IMG/VR virus record: IMGVR_UViG_3300048930_000898
Origin: an uncultured virus (IMG/VR IMGVR_UViG_3300048930_000898)
Lineage: Duplodnaviria; Heunggongvirae; Uroviricota; Caudoviricetes
Strand: one strand, 5' to 3'
DNA: 64,000 bases
Shown here: positions 53,782 through 63,105 of the stretch, piece after piece
Layout of the letters: every line of letters starts with the position of its first letter
How positions within the stretch are numbered: position 1 is the first letter of the stretch
Translations under genes and position numbers: made by a program
The notes under the pieces: generated by a model
Told to the model about the DNA's origin: nothing
Seen by the model: the letters and a program-made list of their open reading frames with translations, nothing else
The model's database searches: none

Positions 53782-54106
53782 ACTTCACTTTCTTGTTAAC
53801 GTAAAATATTACGTTTCTTTGATTTATTTTATAATTTAACATTTCTTTCATAACTACATTGAAAGTTTTACATTTTGCAATGTCTTTTTTTTCAATATTA
53901 TTATCGTTACACCACGATTTATAGTCAGAGTGAAGAACAAACGCTTTAATTGCATTAGTTCCTTTATCAATATTACATGATTTAATCCATTTGTCAATAC
54001 TAACATACGGATTAAATTCGTTTTTTATCTTATCTCCAGTATAAGATTGGTGCTTTCTAACGAAAGATAGCAGTTTAGCTATTTCACTCTTGTCCTGATT
54101 CATCAT
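53732..54106 (-). CDS. Hypothetical protein, possible D5-primase-type C-terminal winged helix
   Basis: L..DYKSWC..N.......KTF...M pattern. Confidence 0.5.
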   Translation of the reverse strand: MMNQDKSEIAKLLSFVRKHQSYTGDKIKNEFNPYVSIDKWIKSCNIDKGTNAIKAFVLHSDYKSWCNDNNIEKKDIAKCKTFNVVMKEMLNYKINQRNVIFYVNKKVKYEPSKKEKEDGQEAKN

Positions 54107-54881
54107 TAAGCTTCTTTAGCTCATTTTCAGTATTATCGTATTCTTTGATATCTTCATGTTTATCTTCAATAAAATGAAGCTTCACTTCGGATAATATAGG
54201 CATTTTAGTTCTTTCAGAAAACTTCTTCATAAGTCTACCAATTCGTGAGTGATCAGAAGAAGTGGGTTTCTTTCTAGATCTAAACTTTGACCTTCCAGGG
54301 GTGTGTACGATTTTATCAACTAAACCAACCGACAAAGCTTCATCTGCAGTTAAATATAAATCTCGTCTCACAATACTATCCCAGAATGTCTTATCTAACC
54401 ATGAATTATTGGCATAGATTTCATTATATGCATCTTGAACACGTTCAGCTTCTTTTACATAAATCTGCATATCAGTGGTTTTGCCTTCAAATCCATCACT
54501 ACCATCGTGAAGCATAATTGTAGAATTCCTGGATACATAACGTTCATCGCAAACCGCCATAATCACAGTGGCAGCACTCATAATTGCGCCTCTACCATAA
54601 AACACAAATTTACATGGGCTTTCAAGAATCTTATCTACGAGAGCCAGCGAATGGTATGGACTACCACCATAGCTACAGCAATGAATCTCAATTGGTTCCT
54701 TATTAGTAAGGTCCAAAAGCTTATCGATACCGCGCACGGCTAAGGCGATAGATTCAAAGCCGATATCATCATCTCCAGCGCCATCTAGATAGCCCAGGTA
54801 GACCCTTCTATGAAATAGGTCTACACCGTAGCTTAAATAGGTTTGGAGAATACTAGGATCTTTACTCCGCTTCCCCGACAC
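54084..54881 (-). CDS. Second, divergent ClpP-family protease
   Basis: GTG 54881 after AAGGAG; RRVYL, SYGGS, MSAAT (Ser), MLHD (His), RDLYLTADEAL..GLVD (Asp); C-terminal extension. Confidence 0.88.
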   Translation of the reverse strand: MSGKRSKDPSILQTYLSYGVDLFHRRVYLGYLDGAGDDDIGFESIALAVRGIDKLLDLTNKEPIEIHCCSYGGSPYHSLALVDKILESPCKFVFYGRGAIMSAATVIMAVCDERYVSRNSTIMLHDGSDGFEGKTTDMQIYVKEAERVQDAYNEIYANNSWLDKTFWDSIVRRDLYLTADEALSVGLVDKIVHTPGRSKFRSRKKPTSSDHSRIGRLMKKFSERTKMPILSEVKLHFIEDKHEDIKEYDNTENELKKLNDESGQE

Positions 54882-55404
54882 GCTTTTTCTCCTTATAAAC
54901 ACGATCAACAGCAATTGTGACAACGTAGTTAGATTTTAAAGCGTCGCTATGGAGTGTAACCTTTTTAACATCACCAGGAACGGTTCCGGTAAGAGCATCA
55001 ATAATTTCCTTGGGGAGCTGATCATTATCAGAATTTCCAAGGACAATATAAGATTCTTGAGTTGGTACGCCTTCTGTTTCTTGCCCTTCAACTTCTTCTT
55101 TAACACGAAAACGAATAGCATTACCAAGAGCGGCGGGAGTTTCTGCTAATTCTAGTCCATATAGTTTTTCTTGTACAGACCAGACTGCTTCATTAATCTC
55201 TTCTTCTTTAACACCAAGCTTAGTTACAAGCAAAGTTTCAAGAGCGTCCATTTTTTGCTTAATGGCAATAAGACTCTTCTTAGTTTCATTTGTTAAAACT
55301 GTAGCAGCTTCGTAAACTTCAGCTTTAATATCGTCTTTTGTTTGAGCACGAGCAGCCATCAATACTGCTTGTTGAAAACTCATATTAGATTTAGGACTAG
55401 CCAT
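54862..55404 (-). CDS. Protein with a degenerate trigger-factor-like FKBP domain
   Basis: AALGNAIRF....VEGQETEG......IVLG....LPKEIIDALTG..PGDVKKVTL resembles the TF PPIase domain. Confidence 0.6.
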   Translation of the reverse strand: MASPKSNMSFQQAVLMAARAQTKDDIKAEVYEAATVLTNETKKSLIAIKQKMDALETLLVTKLGVKEEEINEAVWSVQEKLYGLELAETPAALGNAIRFRVKEEVEGQETEGVPTQESYIVLGNSDNDQLPKEIIDALTGTVPGDVKKVTLHSDALKSNYVVTIAVDRVYKEKKRVGEAE

Positions 55405-55700
55405 TATTTATTCTCCTTTTTTTGGTCACATTTTAAACAAAATTCATAGCGTTCATTTAAACCAGTATAACATCTCCACTGATGAGCGCAAGACGTATTC
55501 GTAGGTTTATTTACAGGCATGTTTTCAAGTTCCTGTTCAGCTTCAAAATCCCATGGAAAGTAAGTTTTTTTAACTGGAGGTTTTTTAGAACTATCATCGT
55601 CATCATCCCAGTTTTGAAAGAAAGCGGCAATACTTTGTTTAGATGAAACGTCTAAACTTTTAATCATTTGATGAATATATTTAAAGTTTAATTCTTCCAT
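55404..55700 (-). CDS. Hypothetical protein with C-terminal CxH...CxxC zinc-binding motif
   Basis: CAHQWR.Y.GL...YEFCLKC. Confidence 0.65.
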   Translation of the reverse strand: MEELNFKYIHQMIKSLDVSSKQSIAAFFQNWDDDDDSSKKPPVKKTYFPWDFEAEQELENMPVNKPTNTSCAHQWRCYTGLNERYEFCLKCDQKKENK

Positions 55701-56244
55701 GTTTTCTTGCTTTCATCAACTTTTTATTCCACATGTTCATTTTCATTGTACTTACTTTTGTACAGATTGGCTTTCCAAGCATATGCTCAATCTCATGCTG
55801 GATACATTCAGCTTCTACTCCAGTAAGAATGGCGGTTTTATCTTGCCAGTTCATGTCTTTATATCTTACCGTAACTTCTGTATGTCTGTCAATTGGCTCT
55901 TGAAATAAAGGCAAAGAAAGACAACCCTCTTGCATTTGTACAAGTTCACCTTCAGTTTCAATAATAACTGGATTAATCATTTCAACAACTTGTCTTTTTG
56001 AGGGATTGACAGGATCTATTGAATTAGTGTATAATACACAAAATTTCTTATGTACACCAATTTGAACTGCAGCTAGACCAACTCCTCGATATTCTTCCAT
56101 GATTTTAATCATTGGTTTTACCATTTTCTGAAGCTCTGGAAGATCTTCTTGTACACAGTCTTCTGATGGCTTTAAAAGCCTCGAATCGGGCCAAGTAACT
56201 AGTTGATAAATACCCTTTGGTAGTACATCAGGAAGTTGTAACAT
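55681..56244 (-). CDS. def: Peptide deformylase
   Basis: GVGLAAVQIG, EGCLS, QHEIEH. Confidence 0.93.
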   Translation of the reverse strand: MLQLPDVLPKGIYQLVTWPDSRLLKPSEDCVQEDLPELQKMVKPMIKIMEEYRGVGLAAVQIGVHKKFCVLYTNSIDPVNPSKRQVVEMINPVIIETEGELVQMQEGCLSLPLFQEPIDRHTEVTVRYKDMNWQDKTAILTGVEAECIQHEIEHMLGKPICTKVSTMKMNMWNKKLMKARKHGRIKL

Positions 56245-56245
56245 A

Positions 56246-56521
56246 TTATTTACCCCTTTTATCTGAAGGAATTAACCATAGTTTTATTTCAAACTCTTCC
56301 ATCTTTCTGTCTACTTTTACTTCACAATTACTATAACTAGTGATCATTCTATAATGCTCTTTATTAGCAGATTTAACAATAACATGACCGGTTACTATGC
56401 AGCTATCGCCCCTTAAATTGGTAATATCCTGATCTTGTTCTTTTAAAAAAAGAGTTGTATTCTTACTCGCAGCACAGCCTGCTAGAATAATATTAAAAGT
56501 TAAAAATATAAGTAATTTCAT
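56246..56521 (-). CDS. Lipoprotein
   Basis: MKLLIFLTFNIILAGC lipobox. Confidence 0.7.
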   Translation of the reverse strand: MKLLIFLTFNIILAGCAASKNTTLFLKEQDQDITNLRGDSCIVTGHVIVKSANKEHYRMITSYSNCEVKVDRKMEEFEIKLWLIPSDKRGK

Positions 56522-56975
56522 TATTATTTTCTTTCTGTATTTCAAATCCGAGTTTTTGATGTAAATATTTTGAAGCCTCGTTGTCTTTTTTTACAATACC
56601 CCGTAGTTTAGTATATCCTTTATTTCTCGCCCAATCAATAGCTAAGTCTAACATAATTTCAGACCAACCCTTACCTCTGTGAGCTTCTGCAATAAAAAAA
56701 GCCCATTCTTTTGTATTTTGATCATCATCTTTCATATCATTTCTAAATTCAACATAACCGATGATTTCATTAGAAGACCCAGTTTTAAAGACTAATTTTG
56801 GATAGTTAGTATATTTATATACAGCTTCAAATTCTTCCCAGCTTACAGGCATATTACTGTCAGAAAATCTCACCACCTCTGGGTCATTTCTCATTAACCA
56901 AACCTGTTTTAAGTCACCCTCTTCCATTTGTTTGATTAATTGCAAAAAACTTCTGTTTTCGACATTATTTGACAT
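56493..56975 (-). CDS. GNAT acetyltransferase (RimJ/RimL/PseH-like)
   Basis: RNDPEV, HRGKGW, N.AS..LHQKLGF. Confidence 0.88.
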   Translation of the reverse strand: MSNNVENRSFLQLIKQMEEGDLKQVWLMRNDPEVVRFSDSNMPVSWEEFEAVYKYTNYPKLVFKTGSSNEIIGYVEFRNDMKDDDQNTKEWAFFIAEAHRGKGWSEIMLDLAIDWARNKGYTKLRGIVKKDNEASKYLHQKLGFEIQKENNNEITYIFNF

Positions 56976-57129
56976 TTTTTAAATACCTTAATGTTTTATT
57001 ATGTTCCTGTTTTATCGCAATGCTGCCAGTTATAAACCCTATTTTATAACCTAGGCAGAGGAAGAGAAAAAACATAACCCAAATGGGTGTAGGAAATGGA
57101 TTATATTTATTTATCTTTTTTACAAACAT
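56965..57129 (-). CDS. Small membrane protein (54 aa)
   Basis: MFVKKINKYNPFPTPIWVMFFLFLCLG...; fills the gap between neighbours. Confidence 0.45.
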   Translation of the reverse strand: MFVKKINKYNPFPTPIWVMFFLFLCLGYKIGFITGSIAIKQEHNKTLRYLKNVK

Positions 57130-57307
57130 CGTATTCGTCCCTATATGGTCTAATCATATCTCTATACCATTCGAAGGTGCACTCATTGGACATCCCCGTG
57201 TCTATATAGAACTCCTGGTATTCTCGCCAAGCATCCATATCCTCTGGTAGATTGCCAGTGATAATGTCAGTATAAGTTAAACCCGGAGTAGTTTCTTTAT
57301 TTTTCAT
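57107..57307 (-). CDS. Hypothetical protein
   Basis: ATG 57307 after AAGGAG. Confidence 0.6.
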   Translation of the reverse strand: MKNKETTPGLTYTDIITGNLPEDMDAWREYQEFYIDTGMSNECTFEWYRDMIRPYRDEYDVCKKDK

Positions 57308-57965
57308 TACTTTTCTCCTTTTTGACAACTTTACCGCCATCTGTAGTTCCATCGCAAATTGGTGCGCCTAAAAAATAAGCTGTTGCCAACAGTATGGCAG
57401 CTGCTGCATCTTCGTCTTCTCTTTTTAAGTTGAGATTATACCGTTCATTTGCGGCTCTAATATAAGCGTCATGTTTTGTTACTTTTCTAACTTTTTCTTC
57501 ACCAATCTTACGGATCGATTTTTTCCCAGTTTTCTTTTTATGCCTTTGAATGCGGGCATTATTACGTTTTTCCTCCAGGCTGAGACGCGCTGAGGCGAAA
57601 CTTTTCCACTGGCCGTCCCTAATGTATAAAACATTAGAATTGCCAGTTTTCGTACTATTTTCCAGCTCTTTAAGAACGGCAAAGTGAATGAACTCCAAAG
57701 CCTTTTGAGAATAATTATTTCTCGACGAGGTTGTTTCTTCAATGATAATTTTATCAATTTTCCCATTATATTTATTTATAACCTGTACTAGATCTAAAGC
57801 TACCTTTTCAGCAAACTCTACGTAAGAATAAGGATAGGTTTTTTTATCTGTAATCTTTTTATCTTGTTTTAAAGTCCCATATTCAAGTAAAGTAATATTA
57901 TTACCGGACATGCTTAAAAAAGCATATCCGGGTTTTGTAGATAAGTCAAGTCCAACAATTACCAT
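57297..57965 (-). CDS. RuvC-like Holliday junction resolvase
   Basis: IVGLDLST..G, IIIEE, WK, EDAAAAI. Confidence 0.75.
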   Translation of the reverse strand: MVIVGLDLSTKPGYAFLSMSGNNITLLEYGTLKQDKKITDKKTYPYSYVEFAEKVALDLVQVINKYNGKIDKIIIEETTSSRNNYSQKALEFIHFAVLKELENSTKTGNSNVLYIRDGQWKSFASARLSLEEKRNNARIQRHKKKTGKKSIRKIGEEKVRKVTKHDAYIRAANERYNLNLKREDEDAAAAILLATAYFLGAPICDGTTDGGKVVKKEKSNEK

Positions 57966-57973
57966 GATGTGTG

Positions 57974-59968
57974 TTAATCTTCAAATAGAGCAAATCCGCT
58001 GCCTTTTTTGGGTTTAGCAAAATCAAGCTTAAACCTAGTGGCATGATCTAGAAGCTCTTTAACAACCAGTGAGATTGATTTACTATGCAATCTACTTCGA
58101 ATTACAATCTCTTGCAAATGCGCAATAGAAAATGAATTTACACCGGGATTGTTCTTTTCATCAAGAGCATCCTTCTCTTCTTTTGTTAGCTTTCTTTTAG
58201 CAATAAATTCAACCAGTGAGAGTCGTTCTTTCTGAGAAGGTGGCTCAATTTCAAGCATCATATCAAAACGGCCAGGCCTTTGGGCCAAGGAAGCCATGAG
58301 GTTCTCAGGGTGATTGGTTGTAGAAATAATCATAGTTGGAATTTTAAACACGTTATTAATACCATCGAGGAGGTTTAAAAGACTACTAGAAACTTCATCT
58401 CTTCGGCTATATCCCTCGTGACTACTTCCACCAATGTCTTCAATTACTAGAATAAGCTTAGTTGCTTCTGGTGTATATTCACTATATTTAGTAAAGAATT
58501 TAAATACAGTAGACGCGTCAATTTCAGAAGTTGGCCAGTTAATAACAACAGTACCAGGATCTTTATCTTTAATATCCTTTGCCGCTTGCATGATACTACA
58601 TGTTTTACCGCAGTTATGAGTAACAGTAAAATCTTCCATTAAATATAAATGATCTTTGTCTACTGTAAATCCGTAATAATCATCCTCTGGCAACAATTCT
58701 AATTTAAATCCATTACGTAAAACATTTTTAATTTGTTTTCTTTTTTCTGCTTTCTTTCGCTTTAATCTAGAGGGGATCATGTCAATGTCACCTAAAATGG
58801 CAACTCTCCAATAAGTACCTTCAGTACCATTTTGACTTTTTTTCTTACAACTTTTAATATATGCAGCAAGTCCTAATGATCTTGATAAATATACAACGTC
58901 ATTTGCTAATTGTTTATTTACTGAAACGTAGTCAAATCTTCCTTTGTTTAAATTTCCATCGGTGTCTATAATTCCTGCCAAGAGTTCAAGTCTTTGTTGT
59001 CTAGAGCTTCTTAGATATTTAACAGGAATATGTTTGTTTTTAATAAGATTCAATGCTTTTAGTGCATTAAATGCGCGATTTTTTCCGACCTTGGGACCAC
59101 CATTACGAGCCGTTATAGTATATGTTGAAGATTTATTATTAAGCTGAGTTTGTACTCTTACATCATGACCAACAACATTAGCATAATCATACCATTCTTG
59201 TTTGATTTCGTTATCCATAGTTGTTATGGCAGCCAAATTAGAACTACCATCTCCAAGCCACAGTCCAAGAACATAGGGATTAATTTCTAAATTTTGTTCT
59301 TTAAATTCTACTCCGACTTTATAAAGTTTTAATTTTTCATCATGCTTTGAAATGATATTATTTATTTCTATATTAAAAATTTGATTTTTTACAGAATGAA
59401 CTAAACTTAAAATATGACCTTTATTTACAATAAAAGAATCACCCTTGGTTGGTATAACTTTTACCATTTCTTGGCGACCTCTAACAAGTTTTAAAACCTC
59501 TCTGGGTTGACTGTCTGGTCCCATGAGTTTATCACCAACTACAATATCTTGAACAAGTTTAATTGAACCGTCATGCATTAAAATCCCTTGATTTTTTGCG
59601 TGACATCCAGGAAGGCCATATAACAATACGCCTCTCTTTTTTGGTTGACCTAGCTCTTCATATACAGATAAATTGTTAAAAAACATATCAGCTTCATTTA
59701 AAATCATGGCCGTATTTGTAACAGTTGTAAGAAGCTCTCTTTCAACAAATTCCATGGGGGCAAGTTCAACTGCCGTGCTGGTTTTATTTAAATTATAACT
59801 ACCGGGTTTGATTACAATAGGCTTTTGTTCTTTTTCTTCTTTTACATAATCAAACTGTAATACGTAACCCTGGTCCTGTAGAGCAAGGTCGGACTCCGGA
59901 ATAGTGTCAACCTTTCCTTCGTAAATATCTTTTAAAGTTGTTTTGTTTTTTAATTTAAAATTACCCAT
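57974..59968 (-). CDS. AAA+ ATPase containing an intein (~333 aa after splicing)
   Basis: KRGVLLYGLPG|CGKT, VIEDI, LLNLLDG, TTNHPE, RPGRFD. Confidence 0.92.
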   Translation of the reverse strand: MGNFKLKNKTTLKDIYEGKVDTIPESDLALQDQGYVLQFDYVKEEKEQKPIVIKPGSYNLNKTSTAVELAPMEFVERELLTTVTNTAMILNEADMFFNNLSVYEELGQPKKRGVLLYGLPGCHAKNQGILMHDGSIKLVQDIVVGDKLMGPDSQPREVLKLVRGRQEMVKVIPTKGDSFIVNKGHILSLVHSVKNQIFNIEINNIISKHDEKLKLYKVGVEFKEQNLEINPYVLGLWLGDGSSNLAAITTMDNEIKQEWYDYANVVGHDVRVQTQLNNKSSTYTITARNGGPKVGKNRAFNALKALNLIKNKHIPVKYLRSSRQQRLELLAGIIDTDGNLNKGRFDYVSVNKQLANDVVYLSRSLGLAAYIKSCKKKSQNGTEGTYWRVAILGDIDMIPSRLKRKKAEKRKQIKNVLRNGFKLELLPEDDYYGFTVDKDHLYLMEDFTVTHNCGKTCSIMQAAKDIKDKDPGTVVINWPTSEIDASTVFKFFTKYSEYTPEATKLILVIEDIGGSSHEGYSRRDEVSSSLLNLLDGINNVFKIPTMIISTTNHPENLMASLAQRPGRFDMMLEIEPPSQKERLSLVEFIAKRKLTKEEKDALDEKNNPGVNSFSIAHLQEIVIRSRLHSKSISLVVKELLDHATRFKLDFAKPKKGSGFALFED
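58613..59605 (-). mobile_element. Intein with LAGLIDADG endonuclease (331 aa) in the Walker A motif
   Basis: PG|CHAKNQGILMHDG ... LLAGIIDTDG ... FTVTHN|C. Confidence 0.95.
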
Positions 59969-60182
59969 TTTTGCTCCATGATTTCATTATGTTAATAAAA
60001 GTTTTAGCAACACTGCGAATCGAAACACTTCCAGTTATAACGTTTATATATGAATTATAATTAAACTGCTTATTGGTTTCATGACTAAATCTATTAAGAT
60101 GAACACTAGAAGTTCCATTAAAATTAGAACTCTGTCTATTAGTTCTCACACTTGTTTTATTAGTTTGTTTAACAATATTCAT
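59961..60182 (-). CDS. Hypothetical protein
   Basis: ORF overlapping both neighbours by a few nt. Confidence 0.45.
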   Translation of the reverse strand: MNIVKQTNKTSVRTNRQSSNFNGTSSVHLNRFSHETNKQFNYNSYINVITGSVSIRSVAKTFINIMKSWSKNG

Positions 60183-61993
60183 GATTTATAAAACGACTCA
60201 CCATTTTTGTACTCTATTTCAACAACATTTGTAGCAAGAGTGTTTATTAAACTATTATGTTCTACCATTATTACACTTCCTGTAATTTTTGTCAACAGTT
60301 TACAAATTTTATCCATTGATTGGTCGGATAGATCTTTAAAATACTCATCTAAAATCAATAGTTTATCAGTTTTACCAAGGCGGGAATGAATTAAATCACT
60401 TATAGCAAGGTCAACAGCAAGCATTATTCTTCGGGTTTGACCGCCGCTAAAAAGACCTAGTTGTCGTTTTTCTTGATTAATTATCAAATCTGTCTGAATC
60501 TTAGATACTTCACCATCTTCGCTTAAATTAATGAATTTAATGTGTATGTCTTGCTCAAAAAGCTCAGAAAGATAGTAATTAGTTCTGCTATTCAATTCAT
60601 TTAAAGCTTCCTGAAAGGCTAGAGATTTAACTTCTTTAAAGCCTTCTTTTATGGTTTCGTACATATGTTTTTTAGTTAACATATCTTTTAGTACAATAGA
60701 TAAATCGTCTCTGCTTTTTTGATGTTCGAATAATGAATTCTGCAAAAGTTCTATTCTTTTGTCAATATCTGGATATTCTTTAGTTTTTTGTAATTGCAAC
60801 TCTTCTTCTACTTTCTGATATTGTTCAGAAAGCATATATGACTTTTCTTTTAGATGTTTAGCCTCAAGCTCAATTGTTTCAATTTGCTTTAAATCTTCTT
60901 CTAAGTTTTTTAAATTAGTATAATAGAACTCATATTCCTCTTGCAGCTTTTGAGTGGGAATAAACTGTAAAGACTGTAGCTCTTTTGTCTTCTTTTGTAT
61001 ATACTCTTTTTTAGAAGCAATATACTTGTCTTTTGCTTCTAAGTGAAGTATCGATCCACAGGCATCACAGGATGTTGTATCTTTATCTTTTTGAAGATTT
61101 TCTATTTCATTTTTTGATTCTCTTATTTCTTTTTCAAGAGAATTCTTTCTCATTTGTTTTTCTGCCTGTTGAGAGAGTTCACCTTTTAATCTAAAGGCCG
61201 TTTCTCTATAGTTATCGGCAGTAGTTTTTAGTTCTTTTAGATTTTTATAATATTCTGCCGAAAGAATGGGAATATATCCAACGTTTTCAACTTGTCGTTT
61301 TAAATCTTCTTTTTTTAACTCAAGCTGGGCAATAGTTTTAATTCTTTCGCCTTCGAATTTTATTCTAATATCTCTTAGTGAGTTAATTTGATCAGAAACA
61401 AGCTTAATCGTATGACTTAACTCATTTAATCGATTCTGTTCAACAGTTAATTTTATTGAACATTCTCTTGCTACCTCATGGGCTTTCTTGCGAGCATTAT
61501 CAAAAGCCTCAACATTTGCAATTTGAGAAAGGATTTTACCTTTACCATCTTCATTTAGTAGAATAAACTTTATTAAGCTATTTTGTGCAAAATATACAGA
61601 TTGCAAAAATGTTTCATATGTAAACCCAATTTTGCTTTCTATTAGTTTTTGTGTGTCTCTAGAATCTTTACCTCTAATTGGAGATCTTGATTCTGATGAT
61701 AACATATAAAGATCATTAGGTTTTCTTTTTCTTTCAATAATAGTTCCATCAAATAATTCTACAGAAACTTGACAAGACTTTTCGCCTTGTTTTATGACGT
61801 CATCAATTTTTGTATCCTTCGGAATCTCACCGAATAAACACCAGCAAATTGAATTAAGTATAGATGATTTACCACTGCCTTCTGCCGTATTGTCGTCATA
61901 GTTATAACCCTTTAATAAGGTAATACCACTTTGTATATTAAATTCAAGGTCAGACCAAGACTGGAAATTTTTAACTTTAATAGATTTAATCAT
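60179..61993 (-). CDS. SbcC/Rad50-like (gp46-like) ATPase
   Basis: NFQS, GSGKSS, CDAC zinc hook, FSGGQ, ILDE, VEH. Confidence 0.92.
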   Translation of the reverse strand: MIKSIKVKNFQSWSDLEFNIQSGITLLKGYNYDDNTAEGSGKSSILNSICWCLFGEIPKDTKIDDVIKQGEKSCQVSVELFDGTIIERKRKPNDLYMLSSESRSPIRGKDSRDTQKLIESKIGFTYETFLQSVYFAQNSLIKFILLNEDGKGKILSQIANVEAFDNARKKAHEVARECSIKLTVEQNRLNELSHTIKLVSDQINSLRDIRIKFEGERIKTIAQLELKKEDLKRQVENVGYIPILSAEYYKNLKELKTTADNYRETAFRLKGELSQQAEKQMRKNSLEKEIRESKNEIENLQKDKDTTSCDACGSILHLEAKDKYIASKKEYIQKKTKELQSLQFIPTQKLQEEYEFYYTNLKNLEEDLKQIETIELEAKHLKEKSYMLSEQYQKVEEELQLQKTKEYPDIDKRIELLQNSLFEHQKSRDDLSIVLKDMLTKKHMYETIKEGFKEVKSLAFQEALNELNSRTNYYLSELFEQDIHIKFINLSEDGEVSKIQTDLIINQEKRQLGLFSGGQTRRIMLAVDLAISDLIHSRLGKTDKLLILDEYFKDLSDQSMDKICKLLTKITGSVIMVEHNSLINTLATNVVEIEYKNGESFYKS

Positions 61994-62948
61994 TTAACAA
62001 TTCCAAACCTGCATTTAGATGTAAATCATCTAATTGTTTAATCTCTTTAGCCCATTTTATCCATTTTTGCTGGTTTGTCAATGTTTCTGATATTTCAACT
62101 CTTTTATTGTCAGTTGTTATATAAATATACTTAGTACCATCGTTATTCCTAGGCATTTTTTTAAAAGATTCAACTTTTTCTTCTGATCCCTTAACAATAA
62201 TCCTATTAATGTTATTTGGATCGCACGCTACGGGATGAAAATTTTCATCTAAATTAAGCTCATATGTCATGTGTCTTCGAAATAGTGTAGGAATATACTC
62301 AATCGTTGATGATTTTGTATCAAGAACGCCTAGTCTTTTTTCTTCATTACTTTCACCAAAGCTGTGACTAAAGGGACTTCCAAGGTAGATAACATTTGAC
62401 ATTTGCTTTGGAGTGTGATAATGTCCAGCAATCACTAAGCCGAGGTCGGCAACATCTTTGAGTTCAATTGCTTCTTCTTCAGTGTATCCAGAGCCAATAG
62501 TAAATTCTTTAATACCTTGATGACAAAGTAAGATGGGGGTCTTGGGTAAACGAGGAATCCAGGTGTTTAAATCTTCAAGGAATTTTTTAGGATTTCTATA
62601 ATAAGGCATTATAAGAACATTGCCTATTTGCCCCGGTTTATCATACAAATTAACATTGGGTAGAGCTTTTAATGGTTCAAGTGCAGTTGTAGAAGAATGA
62701 ACGCTTAAAAGATCGTGATTACCAACGATTATATTATGTTTAAGATTTGAAGAAGAAAAATACTTAAAAAGAGAATTAAGACAATCTGCTTCAATTAGAC
62801 CCTTACGGTCTAACATGTCTCCAAGCCAAATTACTGTATTAAGATTTCTTTCCTTTGCGAGGTTTTCTACTTCTGCGAACAGAGACTCGCACACTGGTAG
62901 ATTTTCGCGCTTCATTTGTAAATCGCCTACTATTAAGTAATCGCTCAT
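61986..62948 (-). CDS. SbcD/Mre11-like (gp47-like) nuclease
   Basis: GDLQ, LGD, GNHD, GHYH, YLGSP...FGE. Confidence 0.9.
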   Translation of the reverse strand: MSDYLIVGDLQMKRENLPVCESLFAEVENLAKERNLNTVIWLGDMLDRKGLIEADCLNSLFKYFSSSNLKHNIIVGNHDLLSVHSSTTALEPLKALPNVNLYDKPGQIGNVLIMPYYRNPKKFLEDLNTWIPRLPKTPILLCHQGIKEFTIGSGYTEEEAIELKDVADLGLVIAGHYHTPKQMSNVIYLGSPFSHSFGESNEEKRLGVLDTKSSTIEYIPTLFRRHMTYELNLDENFHPVACDPNNINRIIVKGSEEKVESFKKMPRNNDGTKYIYITTDNKRVEISETLTNQQKWIKWAKEIKQLDDLHLNAGLELLND

Positions 62949-63099
62949 AATTCAAAAACTCCTTAAGCGCCTTAATTAACATCTTACCAAGTTTAGTCAT
63001 AAATGTCAATCTTTCTTTTACAACAATTGTTGATTTATTAACTTTAACAACCTCATAAACCGGTCCACTTTTAAAATTGCTTATTTTATTCCATGTCAT
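62839..63099 (-). CDS. Hypothetical protein (3' end overlaps the nuclease gene)
   Basis: ORF between the RecA-like and SbcD-like genes. Confidence 0.4.
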   Translation of the reverse strand: MTWNKISNFKSGPVYEVVKVNKSTIVVKERLTFMTKLGKMLIKALKEFLNYERLLNSRRFTNEARKSTSVRVSVRRSRKPRKGKKS

Positions 63100-63105
63100 A
63101 ATTTT

